Shown here piece after piece: positions 12,635 to 24,769 of a DNA stretch of 64,000 bases. The DNA is from Camelus dromedarius (lineage: Eukaryota). How positions within the stretch are numbered: the stretch's first letter is position 1; each line of letters opens with the position of its first letter. The position numbers and the translations under genes are program-made. The notes beneath the pieces were generated by a model. It was not told the DNA's origin and did not search any database. It worked only from the letters and a program-made list of their open reading frames with translations. The DNA lies in NCBI RefSeq assembly GCF_036321535.1, contig NC_087437.1:84508001-84572000 (forward strand), in the 5' to 3' direction.

Positions 12635-13600
12635 TGTGTGTTGAGGTAACATTTGTGCTGAGAATGTATAAAAGTATCGGCGAAAGCATTTCAAGTGGAG
12701 GGAACAGCACATACAATGACCAGCATGTTCTATCATCTGTTAGGTGAAAATATGACTACAACAGTATAAAATAAGGAAAGAAAATGTGGCCAAAGAGGTA
12801 GTAGAAGGGTGGTGGTACCTAGATCATCATTCAAAATATGAGAATTTTGAATTTAATTCTGATGGAGGTGGGAAACAATTGGATGGTATTGAGCAGAGGA
12901 GAGATGTGACCTGTCTGACATTTTATGTGTGCTGGTTGCTAAAATGTAGGGGCAACAGAAAAATCAGGAACTATTGCCACTATATAGGATAAAATTTAAT
13001 GGTGGCTTTGACATAGAGTGACAACCCTTGATTTGTGGCCTCCTTTGGTAGAAGAATCAGTTTATATCTGTTTTTTTTTTTTTTTTTTTTTTTGGTGAGT
13101 TAGTCCTAGTGTCTCATTCCTGAAAGTCTAACATTTGGGACAATAACTTTTTGGTGACCTTATATAGAATAGTGTGGTAGTGTTGGAGGTGATGAGAACC
13201 AGTCACAATCTGTGTGTGTTTGGAAGATGATAGGAAAAGGATAGGACGATGGCTTGAGTAAAGGCTATGAGAGAAAGAAAAGGGTCAAAAATAGCATCCG
13301 AATTTTTGCCCTGAGCAACTGAAAGTATAAGTTTGCCCTTTATTGAGATGTGACAGTCACATGAAAAGCAGGATGGAATAAGAATTTTAATTATGGTGAA
13401 TCTGAGATATCCACAAGAATGCTAGAGAATCAGGTGTTCATTAAATATTCATTAAATTCAAGAGCGAAGGTTCTAGTTGTAGATAAATGTTTGTCAACAT
13501 TGTGTTGTAGAGAAGAGGAAAATCAGTCTTGGGATTGATTTAACAGAGAAGTAAAGGAGAGTAATTGGAAACTTGGAATATATAGTGCTTTCAGGGAGTC
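12635..13600 (-). mobile_element. L2 LINE (continuation)
   Basis: 'gcatttcaagtggagggaacagcaca', 'ggaaacaattggatggtattgagcagaggagagatgtgacctg', 'tttttgccctgagcaactgaaagtat'. Confidence 0.8.
13014..13162 (-). mobile_element. MER94-like hAT-Blackjack MITE nested in L2
   Basis: Degenerate TIRs tagagtgac.../...ggtgacctta (consensus TAGGGTGACC/GGTTACCCTA). Internal 'cagtttatatctgtt' and 'tttgggacaataact'. Central poly(T) expansion. Confidence 0.65.
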
Positions 13601-14959
13601 TTGCTGTAATAGGGTATTAATAATATTTACCTCATAGAGTTTTTATGAGTATTAAATATTCTTGGAGGACTGCCAGAGTATTGGAAGAGTCATGTATGGA
13701 GAAATTTGATATCACTATATATTTTGACTGAGGTAAGCAGTTTGACATATAATTTGAAATTGGAATTTTGGGGGAGAGGGAGAAAGAATGATTTGGACAC
13801 AGTAATATGGTACAAGGATGACCATTATTTCAAGATAATTTACATCCGTAGGGTTTACAAGATAGCCAGTTCTTGTTAAAAGGAAGAAGGAGAGTGAAGA
13901 TATCAAAGAAGTTGAGTATGGAGTGATTCTAATGATGAAGTATTGTGGAGTCACAGCAGGAAGAGAGACAAGGGGAAGACGTTTGGGAGAGGCAACATGG
14001 AGAGTCAGAGCTGTATGGACAAGGTCCTTTCAGGGCTAATGACTAACAGGCATAAGGAGAAAAACTTCCCATAAATACAAAATGAGTGGTGAATATGAGG
14101 CTGTAATAGTGGTTGTTGTGGAGGAGGGAAGGAAAGAGGTTGCCGGGTAAAGGCAGACTTCTAATGTCCCTCTTCACTTTTGCTTCTGAGAAAATGAAGC
14201 CAGGTAATGTCAGTCTTACTCATAGTGAGTGGAGTCCTGGGTCTCTGCCTTTCCTCTTGCTTATGGGAATATTGGAGTCAGAGTCAGGACTATTGACTGA
14301 CTTCTTCACCTAAGAATTCTTCACCTAAGCACACATAGAATTGTGGAGTTGACTCTATTAATGCCAATAAAGGAGCAGAGTCCAGTCACATACATAGGAG
14401 GCCACAGGAGCTCATGTTTGCTGTTTAGAGCATGTCAGCATTCCATATGCTAACTGCTCCATCAAATGTCACCAAGTAATTTTTTGTTATATGGATAATT
14501 CTATTTTTAAGACCTTGTATGTAATGGGGATAGTATGATAGTAGAGGTGTCTTATTCTCCCAAGAAAATTAGTAGAGTGGAAGGAAAACCATACTTTCCA
14601 GAGAGCTTTATATGACAGGTAGTATTTGTCAGGTTTCAGGTATGTATACCAAGAGAGAAGATTGAGGGCTTGGATCTGTAGCAATGTGGCAATGAGTGAA
14701 CTGTACTGGTATAAGAGAGAAATAGCAATTTTAGTTGTTGCTATAAATTGGAAATACTGAAAATAAAAAAATATTAAAATTTAAGAATATTTCATATGTA
14801 ATGAGCCCTGCAAACTCTACTCTTTCAATGATAATAATAGAAAATATCTATATTAATTAAACTTTTAGATTTTGCTTTTCAATGATGGTAAATGTCTATG
14901 TAAAGCTCTATGTAAATGTCACTGAGAAACTTATTTAAATACATCTAATATATCATTTA

Positions 14960-15075
14960 CTTCAAAGGAGAAATCCTGTTTCTCTTTTTCATCTCTCCAT
15001 AGAACCCATGTGTCTATCAAATGGTGTGCTGGCATACAGAAGAATTCTATTAATATTTATGAATAAATATATTAA
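14960..15075 (+). mobile_element. L2 3' terminus
   Basis: 'tgtgctggcatacagaagaattctattaatatttatgaataaat'. Confidence 0.55.
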
Positions 15076-15119
15076 TGGTTAAATGGCACCCTCCTGCCAT
15101 CTAGCCTTCATTACAAATA

Positions 15120-15347
15120 CTATTGTCTATCGGTATCTGCAAGGAACTGGTTCCAGTACACAGGGTATTCAAAACCAATGGTCAAGTCCCAGAGTGGGCT
15201 CTTCATATGTCAAGATTCCCACATTCACCAATTCAAAGGCGGATGTGGAACTGCAGATATAGAGGGCAGATTGTATTTATTGAAAATATAAATCTGCTCC
15301 TAAGTGGACCTGCACAGTTCAAACCCCTGTTGTTCAAGGGTCGACTA
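15120..15347 (+). mobile_element. Tigger2-derived MITE (MER8-like, TcMar-Tigger)
   Basis: 5' 'cggtatctgcaaggaactggttccag' and 3' 'taagtggacctgcacagttcaaacccctgttgttcaagggtcgacta'. TA flanks at 15118-19 and 15348-49. Confidence 0.85.
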
Positions 15348-17670
15348 TACATGCTCCCTGAACAGAAATCATTGTTATAATAGAACTTTAAGATTTTTGC
15401 TCAATGTTAAAATAGGAAACTATGCATTCACAAAAAAGTGGAACACCTAGATAAACTTTTGGGTCAAATAGTGACAAAATTTCATTGAGAGGAATAATTC
15501 TGAGTTACCAATGATTCTATCCTAGTCTTACATTTGCTTGTTTAAAAATAATTTATCCTCAGTCATTAATAAGGTATATCATTCAAAGACATCTTGGAAA
15601 TAGCATTTGCATAGGTTAAAAGAAGCTGGGTTCTAAAGTCTTTTAAGACATTTATTTCACCCATGGATATAGGGATGTTATTTATTAAGTTGAGAATCAT
15701 TACAGCACAATGTAATTATATTTCTTGCAGGATACTTGATGATTCAGATTTGCTATGTCAATTTGTAGAGCTGTAATGGACTCCTTCTTGATCAAAAAGC
15801 CAGATAACTTAAAAATCTTTGCATCATAACTTGATATGAAATACTCAGCAGTAATAATTTTGAAAAGACACACTAAATTGTAATGCAATGCTTTATGTTT
15901 TTTTTTTTTTTCCTACTCTTTTGGAAACAGAACATAAAACCAGAAGCATCAAAGTTTCACTTTGATGATATTTGTTAGATATTTTCAATCAAAGTGTTTA
16001 CACAATGAGTCAGCAATGTTCTTGACAAAAGAAAGCCCTTTAGAAGCATTAGCTTCCAGGCAGTGTATTCAATAAGTAGTATCCATATGTGAATGCTGAT
16101 AAGGAAGTGTGAATTACTTTCACAACTCTTAATTGGTGCTATATAGTCTTAGCAAGAGAAATAGAAGCTTAAAAATATCTTGAGTAGCTAATAAGGCATT
16201 AAAGCAGAAATTTTATATAATCCTAGGAATCAACATATATAGACTCTTTATAAAGTAAATTAAAGATAAAAATAAATTTACATTGGATAGGCTAATAAGC
16301 AAATAATGAAGATATTACTCTATACTAAATGTATATGTTTGGCTACTATTTATCACTAAAGATATGCCAGTTTATTAATGTTCTGCAGCTTTTTTTTTTT
16401 TTTTATTGCTTTCACTACATTTTTCTAAGTGAATATTTAGCTTTGAAAGAGACACATCCTTGCCAGAGAAATTTAAATGAAGCTACAGAGTCACATTTAA
16501 GTAATTAAATATCAGATACAATTTTAAAACTTTTGAATAATTCCAGAAATCCTCCACATGTAAATAAATAATTCTGGTGCAACAAACCTTAACCTAGTCT
16601 CTTCAAAAGGTTATGCCATTTTCTCAAAAAAGATAAACAAACAAACAAACAAATGGTGTCATGAAGATGACTGTGTATCATTTGTTTTCTTCTTGTGTTT
16701 ATTTCTATTTTTCAGGTTTTAAAACTTATCATGAGTTATTTTAGTACTAACGAAAGTTATAATTTGTAAATGAATAAACACTTGTTATTCAAGAAAGAAG
16801 ACGAAGATTCATTTTGACCTCCAACTAAAAATTTCAGATTACTTGTCCACTGCATGAAATCAGATTTACAATTTTTTTCAAAGAAGTGTGAAAAAAAATC
16901 CATTTAATTTCTTTTTTATTCTCCTAAAATTTTTCTCCAGATACAAATGGATAGTTTTGACTGCTCATCTTAGGAACAATGCGTGATTTGAAGGATTCTT
17001 TAGGGCCAGATCATGATGATAGTAAAATCACCACCATCATAAGCACTGTCACTCTCCAGCAAATGTTTTGCTATGTAGTCTTAGAAAGGCCCTAACCATA
17101 CATGTCACTCTTATGAAAGGCAAGTAACTTGAATTCAAAGTAGTTGTATCCAGAAGACTGACTAATATATCTAGGCTAATGGAATGAGATTGGCAAGTAG
17201 TTGAATTCCTCTAATTCTCTTAACAGAGATTGTTTCCGGTTTAAGATAAAGAATATACAGTGCCCTTTACATGTATATATAATGCAGATAATGAAGAAAA
17301 AGATTCTATGTGCTTGAGGGAAACTTGGAAAATATTCAGTAAAAACTTTTTATACGTGAGGTAATGAAGTCATAGATATTTAAATGAATAGCAAGAACTC
17401 CAACAAATATATTAATTAAAATTCCCTGTGTTATATCAATGGTAACAGCTCAAACCATTTAATCATAAATGAACAATATATTATAAGAATATCAGAGACT
17501 CACAGAAATAAAGAGAACATTGGAAAATAAGGGCAGCATGGAATACCTTTTTTGAGTGCTAAGAATTAATGTGACACATTTCTAAAAAAATCCTAGTTTC
17601 CTTTTTTCTTTTCCAATAATTTTAGAATCAAAATTTCAAATTTTACAAAGATACTAGTAATGGTAACAGA

Positions 17671-18167
17671 TGTTAAAGACTCATTTTGAAGATACATTTA
17701 CCCACCATCTGGTTTCCCAGGGATTAAGTTATTGGCCACTGAAGTCACTGTCTGACTGTATACCCTGAAAGGAATTCAGAATGAAAAACAGGTTGGGAAA
17801 AAGGCCCTTAGGTATCTCAGGAAGAATTTTAATGAACAAAAATTCTTACATATTCGACTTACGTAGGAAAAAAACCCACGAAAACCATTAATGGAGATAT
17901 CTGTTCCTCCTGACCAACAGTAACCTTTTATAGATGTGTATGCTTGACTGCATGTATTCCCTAGCTCAAATCATATATGTACTGGCTATCCTCCCTCCCA
18001 CCCCCACCACCCCCTACCCACCCCACACCCCACACCGCCGCTTCAGAACAGTTCCTCAGACCTGTCTCAGAGGCAGTCTCCTGGGCAATAGTCTCCCGTT
18101 AGACCCTGGATATAAATAAAAATAAACCCGCAGCTCTAAAGTTGTGCATTTCTTTTTTCAGCTAACA
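17671..18167 (+). mobile_element. ERV1-class solo LTR
   Basis: Ends are tgtta...taaca. 'gaggcagtctcctgggcaatagtctcc' is followed by AATAAA (MER34-like). Length ~500 bp. No clean TSD. Confidence 0.75.
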
Positions 18168-18936
18168 TATTATTATCTATAAAATACTGAGTCTTACAAT
18201 ATATATAAACATAATTTATCACCATTTACTGAGGTCTTTTTTTGCACATGTTATTTTCTAAAACATAATTTTATTTGTAAAGATCTTTAACATATTTAGT
18301 TAGATTTATTCCTATACACCATATGGGTTACTATTTCTGTGAATTAAATTTTTAGAAGTTTCATTTCAAAATGAGTTTTGCTAAGCATAAAAGTATTGGT
18401 TTTTATATTGATTTTATATATTTTAATTTTGCTTTCTTATTTTATTATTTTGCCTGTAGATTCTGTTGAGCTTTCTGTATGGACAAACATTGCCTAAAAT
18501 TATTACAGTGCTTAAAATGTTTCTTTTTCAATTTCTATATGTTTCACTCCTTTTTCTACTTTTATTGGCTTGCATAGGACTTCTAATGAATATCTTGTTG
18601 AATAAATATATGAAAATAAAAAATATATTATGTAGTCATGGTATTATCTTTGTGAGTACATTTTTAGTAATGTTCCATCTTCTGTAAGTTTTTGGTTTTT
18701 TCAAGTTTTCTTTTTTGACTAAGAACCAGTTAATTTGTTGGCCTTCTCAAAGAACTAGCATTTGATTTTGTTGATAGTATCTGTTATTTCTTTGCTTTCC
18801 ATTTTTTCAGTTTCTGCTTTTGTCATTATTATTTCTCTCTTCTGTTTGATTTCCTGTGCTGTTCCTAAATTGAATACTTAGTTTATTAATTTTACATCTT
18901 TCTTATTTTCCTAATCTAAATACTAAAGCTATTATA

Positions 18937-19256
18937 CTTGACCTGGAACAAATAGATTGCCAGATATTTCTCCAGAAAAGATAGGTTTATTCTGGATCAT
19001 CAGAGAATTGCAGTTCCTGGTCTGCAACCAAGGAGAGCCACATGCGGATCCCCAAACAGCAAGAGAAGGAGAATGCTTTTATAGGGAGGAAGAGAGATTT
19101 TTGATGGCTATAGTGAAATAGAGTCCAAGGCTCTTCATTGGCTGAGTCCTTTCCGGAAAAGAAGAGAGTCTTCTTCCTGTTGGGTTCAGCTACTGTTGTA
19201 GGGTCTTTTGGTCTCCCAACTCTATTTAATCGAGGTTTCTGTATTAATTTTTTACA
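18937..19256 (-). mobile_element. ERV1-class solo LTR
   Basis: The reverse complement starts tgtaaaaaattaatacagaaacctc and carries CCAAT (attgg ~19137), TATAAAA (ttttata ~19077) and AATAAA (tttatt ~18986) in LTR order. Confidence 0.8.
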
Positions 19257-19589
19257 CTGTCTAAATACCTCATGCTGCATTTCTCAAGATTTTATTGCTT
19301 TTCTTTTTCATTCAGATCTGAATATTTAATGGTTTACATTATGCTCTTTCTGTGACTTCTGAATTATTTAGAAGTGCAGTTTTAAATTGCAAACCATAAG
19401 GCTCTTTTCCTGTTATTTCTATGAGGGAAGACTAAATGGATGTAACAGAGAAGTTGAAAATTACTGTTTCCACACTTTGCTCAAGAGGGGTCAGGGAACT
19501 CTCCTCTATATGGGGATCACCTGAGAAATTCTTCCCCTTCCATCTTCTGCCTAGGCAGTCCTTTAGGGCCTGATCCTAATCTGCATTCA

Positions 19590-19790
19590 GTCAGCAGAAG
19601 CAATAGGAGCATGGAGAAGTGTTCATGGCTAGACCTGGAAATGGCATTTGCTACTTATGCTCACATTTTATTGCACACTAGTTAGATGCCTGGCTATGTT
19701 TAACTGCAAGGGAGGCTAGGGATTGTAGTTCAGTTGGGTGGCCAAAGAAGGGGAAGAAAACTTAAGTGGAAGACTAGATAGCAGTCTCCA
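19590..19790 (-). mobile_element. MLT1 LTR fragment
   Basis: 'agacctggaaatggcatttgctacttatgctcacattttattg...aactgcaagggaggctagggattgtagtt'. Confidence 0.7.
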
Positions 19791-20474
19791 CTTCTTTATG
19801 GTGTTTTTGTATTTTCTTTTCCTCCAGAACACATGATCTGTATGATTTAAATAATTTGGTACTTGTTAAGACTTGTTTTGTAGTGTAATAGAGTTCAAAT
19901 TTTATAATTGTTACACATACGATTCTTAAAAGAACACTATTTTATTATTATGCAGGGTTCTTCATGCATCTGTGAGATGCAGTTTATTTTGTTATTGTGT
20001 TTTATGAATCTTCTGTGTACTTATTTTTCCCACCTATTTTATATATCTTTTTGAGAGTTGTATTTTAAAATCTGCCACAATGCTTGTGGGCTTATCAATT
20101 TCTCCCTGGAATTTTCTCAGTAAATACTTTTCATTTATATAAAGGTTATGTTGTTAGGAAAAAGCATGTTTTATTTTATTTTGTTATTCTGAAAAAAATT
20201 TTCTTTTACTATCAACTCATTAGCTGTTTATCTTTACTTTACTTTGCGTAAATTCTCTTCTGTCTAATATTGATAATGCTATACCACTTTTCTTTTGGTT
20301 AGTATTTGTGTGTTCTACATTTTTCTCCATTTGCTTTCAAAATTTCTTTTTTTTATCATGTTTATGAGTTAAATAGAAAATAGCTAGATTTTTTTTCTTT
20401 CAATACAGTTTAAGGGTCTGTTTTTTCAAAATGATTATTATGAATTTAAGAAAACATTTTGACTAATATTTTAA

Positions 20475-20652
20475 GTGGGATTCTGGGGAGGTGAACACAT
20501 GGAGGTGGTGCTGGGAGATAAGTGTGGCTGACTTGAGAGCATGGAAGCTCCACAACTTTCCCTCACACTCCATCCTTCAGAAGAGATGCATAGGCTGTTC
20601 CTGAGTTATATCCTTTTAGGATAAACTGACAGTCTAGTAATTAAAAAAAAAA
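20475..20652 (+). mobile_element. MER21-family LTR fragment ending in an A-tail
   Basis: Aligns by eye with the reverse complement of the MER21 at 42233-43022 ('ggctgttcctgagtta...tttt...ataaac...tctagtaa'), then runs into A10. Confidence 0.75.
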
Positions 20653-21382
20653 TATATATATATATAGACTATTGCCCATCATCTTATTATGTGCTTATTT
20701 TGTGTTTTCAAGTTTTGTATATATATATATACACACATATACACATACACATACATATTTGGTTACTTTCTCTTTTTTTGCTTCCAATTATAATAGTTAC
20801 ATTTTTTATTCATTTCTCTCTCCTAACTTGGATTTGGTAGCGTTTATATTCTATTTATGTAATTTTACTGTATATGCTTATACTTTTAATATGTTTGCTT
20901 AAAAATTCTAAAATAAATCAGTTTCATGATCTCTCTTCAGCCAATACAAACACCTTAGAAAACATGAAATTTTTCTCATGTTCTTACCATCTTACATCTT
21001 AAAGGGCCTACTGTTTGGTTTTCACCTTATTTTAAAATTCCAACACTAGCTTTTTGTTTAAATATATAGTCATTTCTTATTTTATTTAAAAGCATGTGTA
21101 CAAATTTTCTGCTAATCTTACCTTTAGATGTTTTTCTTTCCTTCTAGGTATAATATCCTTCTTCTTAAATATTTCGTACTGTAAGAATTGTTATTTTTAT
21201 TTTTTTTCCAAAATACTTCAGTGCTCCTGTTTATAAGTTACCCTAAAGTTTGATTTTGCTTTTGTTTCATTTAGGGCCTCTGAGGTTTCCTGGCTCCAGT
21301 TCTGTTATTGTATTAATTTCTTCTATCATGATTCTGATTCTTGGAAGGTCACAGATTTCTCACTTCTCTGAGGTCTTTTTTT

Positions 21383-21448
21383 CTCCCTCCTTCCCTCCCT
21401 CCCTCTTTTCCTTCCTTCCTCCCTCCCTCCCTCCCTCCCTTCCTTTCT
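21383..21448 (+). repeat. (CCCT/CCTT)n polypyrimidine microsatellite
   Basis: Direct inspection. Confidence 0.95.
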
Positions 21449-21795
21449 TGCCGTATTTCTCTCCTTAGCACTTACCTAGGCTGGTAGGTAGAGAGGTTCT
21501 TATTCCTTTTCCTTAAAAGCCTAACTTCCTGTTTTAGTCACCGCTGTATATTCAAGGCCTAGAAATATGTTCTCAGTAATTATGTGCAGAATGATTAATG
21601 TACAAATTATAGATTTTATGAGAATACATAATACACAGTGTTGTTATGAGTTAACACTATTATGCAACTGAGTTTTCTAACTCGGTGCTTGAAATTTAAG
21701 TCAAAGTACATTGCTAAGTGATCAACTAGCTTTACTTTTGTACATAGCACAGATATTTAAAATCACTTCAATTATTTCCTCTATTTTTACATATC

Positions 21796-22167
21796 TATAT
21801 TAGTGTGGGCCATCTATATTTTGCCATACCAAAATACAACCAACTGGATAATGTAAACAAAAGATCAAGGTGTTAGCAGGTTTCATTTCTTCTGAGGCCT
21901 CTTGCCTTGACTTACAGATGGCCACCTTCTCGTGTCCTCACATGGCCTTTTCTCTGTGTGCAGGTACCCCAGGTGTCTCTCTGTGTCCAAATTTCCTTTT
22001 CTTAAAAGGCTGCTAATTAGATTGGATTAAGGGCCACCCTGAGGGTCTCTTTTTAACTTAACTACCTCTTTAAAGGCCCTATCTTCAAATGCAATCACAT
22101 TCTTAGGTACTGGGTGTTAAGGCTTAAGCATGCTAATTTTGAGAGAGAAATAATTCAATCTATAACA
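21796..22167 (-). mobile_element. MaLR solo LTR (MLT1B/C-like) with 5-bp TSD
   Basis: 'agatcaaggtgttagcagg...tcttctgaggcctc...gtcctcacatggcc...attcaatctataaca'. TSD atatc at 21791-95 and 22168-72. Confidence 0.9.
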
Positions 22168-24769
22168 ATATCTATTTCTAGCTCAGAGTTACATTCTTTA
22201 GGTAAACTTAAAAATGACTCATTAATATCTATTGTCAGAATTAATTGCTTGATATTTTGTAGCTGGGAGTGTACTGTATCTGTTTTTACAGGCATATATA
22301 CCTGTCAGATTTACTTGGATTCTGAATAATGACCATGGTATTACATATATTCACCAATTCTATAATAAAGAAAAATTCACTCTATTCAATATGCATTTAC
22401 ATATTATGACTAGAATTTGTCATAATTCTTTATCAGTGCTTTAAAAACTTCAATTTTGAACAATCATGCTCTGACTGGCTAGAAAGATAAGGTTCCTTAT
22501 CATGTAGGTTTATAAGGGGGCTGGTTAAACAGTTGTTGGAGATATTCTAGAGTGGATGGAAACATTGAAATGGGAATTAAATTTAGTTTCAGAGGTAACA
22601 TCTATGTCTCAGAAATAATTTTATCATGCTTCTATTCCTATATTCCTAAGCTCACATGTGAGTGACTTTTCCATTTTAGGGAAATGACTAGCAGGGTAAA
22701 TTCTGTAAAGTCCATTTATCATAAAAATGAACCATAGAATTTAAATTTCAAAGCATTTTGGAAATACTTGTCAAAACACACACATACATTACAGACACAC
22801 AGACACAGACAGACAGGCACACACAATTATTTAGGTAAGTCTGCCTGATACGTAAAATGCAGTTGAGTCATGTATTACTTTTAGGTATGAAACATGTTTT
22901 TATGATTTTAATATGCTCCATGTTTTGTTGTATTAACTGAAAATATATAGTGGTGTGTTGCTAATCTTATACTTGTGAGAAAAACATCTAGTGCATGTGT
23001 GAGTGGAATTCTAATTGAACAGATGGCTGTTACAGGTGAAGACTAAATAGTGAAGAAAATATTCATGTTATTGAAGTGGTTTATCCTACAATATCTGATT
23101 AAACTCCTTCCAGGAAATATATACCTTTAGAAGTTTGTAGAAGCAGCTTTATAAAAATATATATGATATATATTAAACTCTTAATTGTTCATTCATTCAT
23201 TCATTTGGTTGCTGGCAAAATCCTGGTCAATTAACATAGCTTAAATGAAGTACTTGTATCTCAGCAATCATTACATTACAAATTAAATTTTACTGTAATT
23301 CAACTGGTGTGTCATTGAAGACTGTAGTCTTATTGGCTAAAGTATTATTATCATTGGTATTTTTTTCCCTTTGGTTATGTGAATTAGCCTCTTTTATTAT
23401 GTTACAGAAAAGAGAAAGATAAATTTTGGAATGGTTCATTTTCTTGCATCTTGAAATAGTTGACTTTTAATAAATTTGATGTTAAATATAATCTTACATT
23501 CATGTCTGGGAGGTCATAAATTTGTAATAATCATAGAATCCTTTTTTGGTCAATCTAATTTACAAATAAAGAGAATATATGTCATAATTTACACCTTAAA
23601 CCTGAAGAAGCCTTATAAATTTTTCCTGCATTGAACAAAGATCATACTGATGCATTTAAATCACTTAATCATACTTTTTTATGGTCAAATTCTGAATTAT
23701 GATCACTTTGAAATTGTAATTTTTGGGTAGAACAGATGGGTAAGGCTTCATTTGAAATGAAATGCCCATAAAAGTAATCTTAGTTGTCAAATGACTGCTC
23801 ACCTACTAAAGGAGCAGTATCTGAAGAAGCACTTAAGTACATGTTCTTAAAGCTGCATATTAAAGTCAGGTGATTTACTAAGAGTGGATATATTCTTTCA
23901 CAGGTAGCTTTCATTGCTGACCTGAAAATGAGAGAATTTAGGAAATGAATATGCATACAAATTATAATCTCTTAGAGTTGAATGTTTCTCACTAAAAAAT
24001 GATTATTTAAAACTTGACCAACTAGAAATAAAATTTACACATCTTTGAAAGTTACCTTTATTGAACATATAGTCCCATGTTCTTTTTAAAACATTGGTTA
24101 AACACAATAGATACTGTTTTTAATGTTTAAGAATATACTCAATTGCCACATTTTCAATTAAATCATTTGTTAGGCCAAGTAACTGGAATTTAAAAAAAAA
24201 ATTAATTTCACCTTAATAATCTATGTAATTATTTAGTGAGCAAGTCTGTTTAGAATCATACATTTAACTCTTTAAGATATGTAAGAAATTTTGGAAGGAC
24301 AGGAAAACCCTTTACTGCATACATTCCCGAGTAAGATAGTTTACATATTATTTAACTTTTCTTCAAAATACCACGTGAAAAATAAAACAAATTCTTAAGT
24401 AATAGTCAGGGTTCACTCTCAGGACTCTGACTCCAAAGTGTTTGATATTTTTAAACACATATTTTATCAAAGATGGACAGACTAGGGAAGTATTTTGTCA
24501 AGAAAGCCATAACCTTGAATGAATTGAGGCTTCCAAAAGAAAAAAGGTCTAAGATGTCTCAGTAGTCATACGGACATTTAAGAATTTATTTAAGGCAGGG
24601 AAGATAAATAAGAAAGAAAAATTCTGTGCACTGTTTGGAATATGTGTTATCATATTAGCAGATGAAAAGAGAAAGCACCTTTAGCTACTAATTAGTATGC
24701 TCTTATCTTTTGTATAGAAACTGTGATTATTAATACTATGCTTAAGTGGGGGAAAGATAGCCTAATCCT

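Larger units (their letters stand above)
18180..21300 (-). mobile_element. Fragmented ancient L1 (L1ME/L1M5-like) hosting nested LTRs
   Basis: 'tagatttattcctata', 'ttctcaaagaactagcatttgattttgttga', 'tgtctaatattgataatgctataccacttttcttttggttagtatttg'. Confidence 0.7.
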
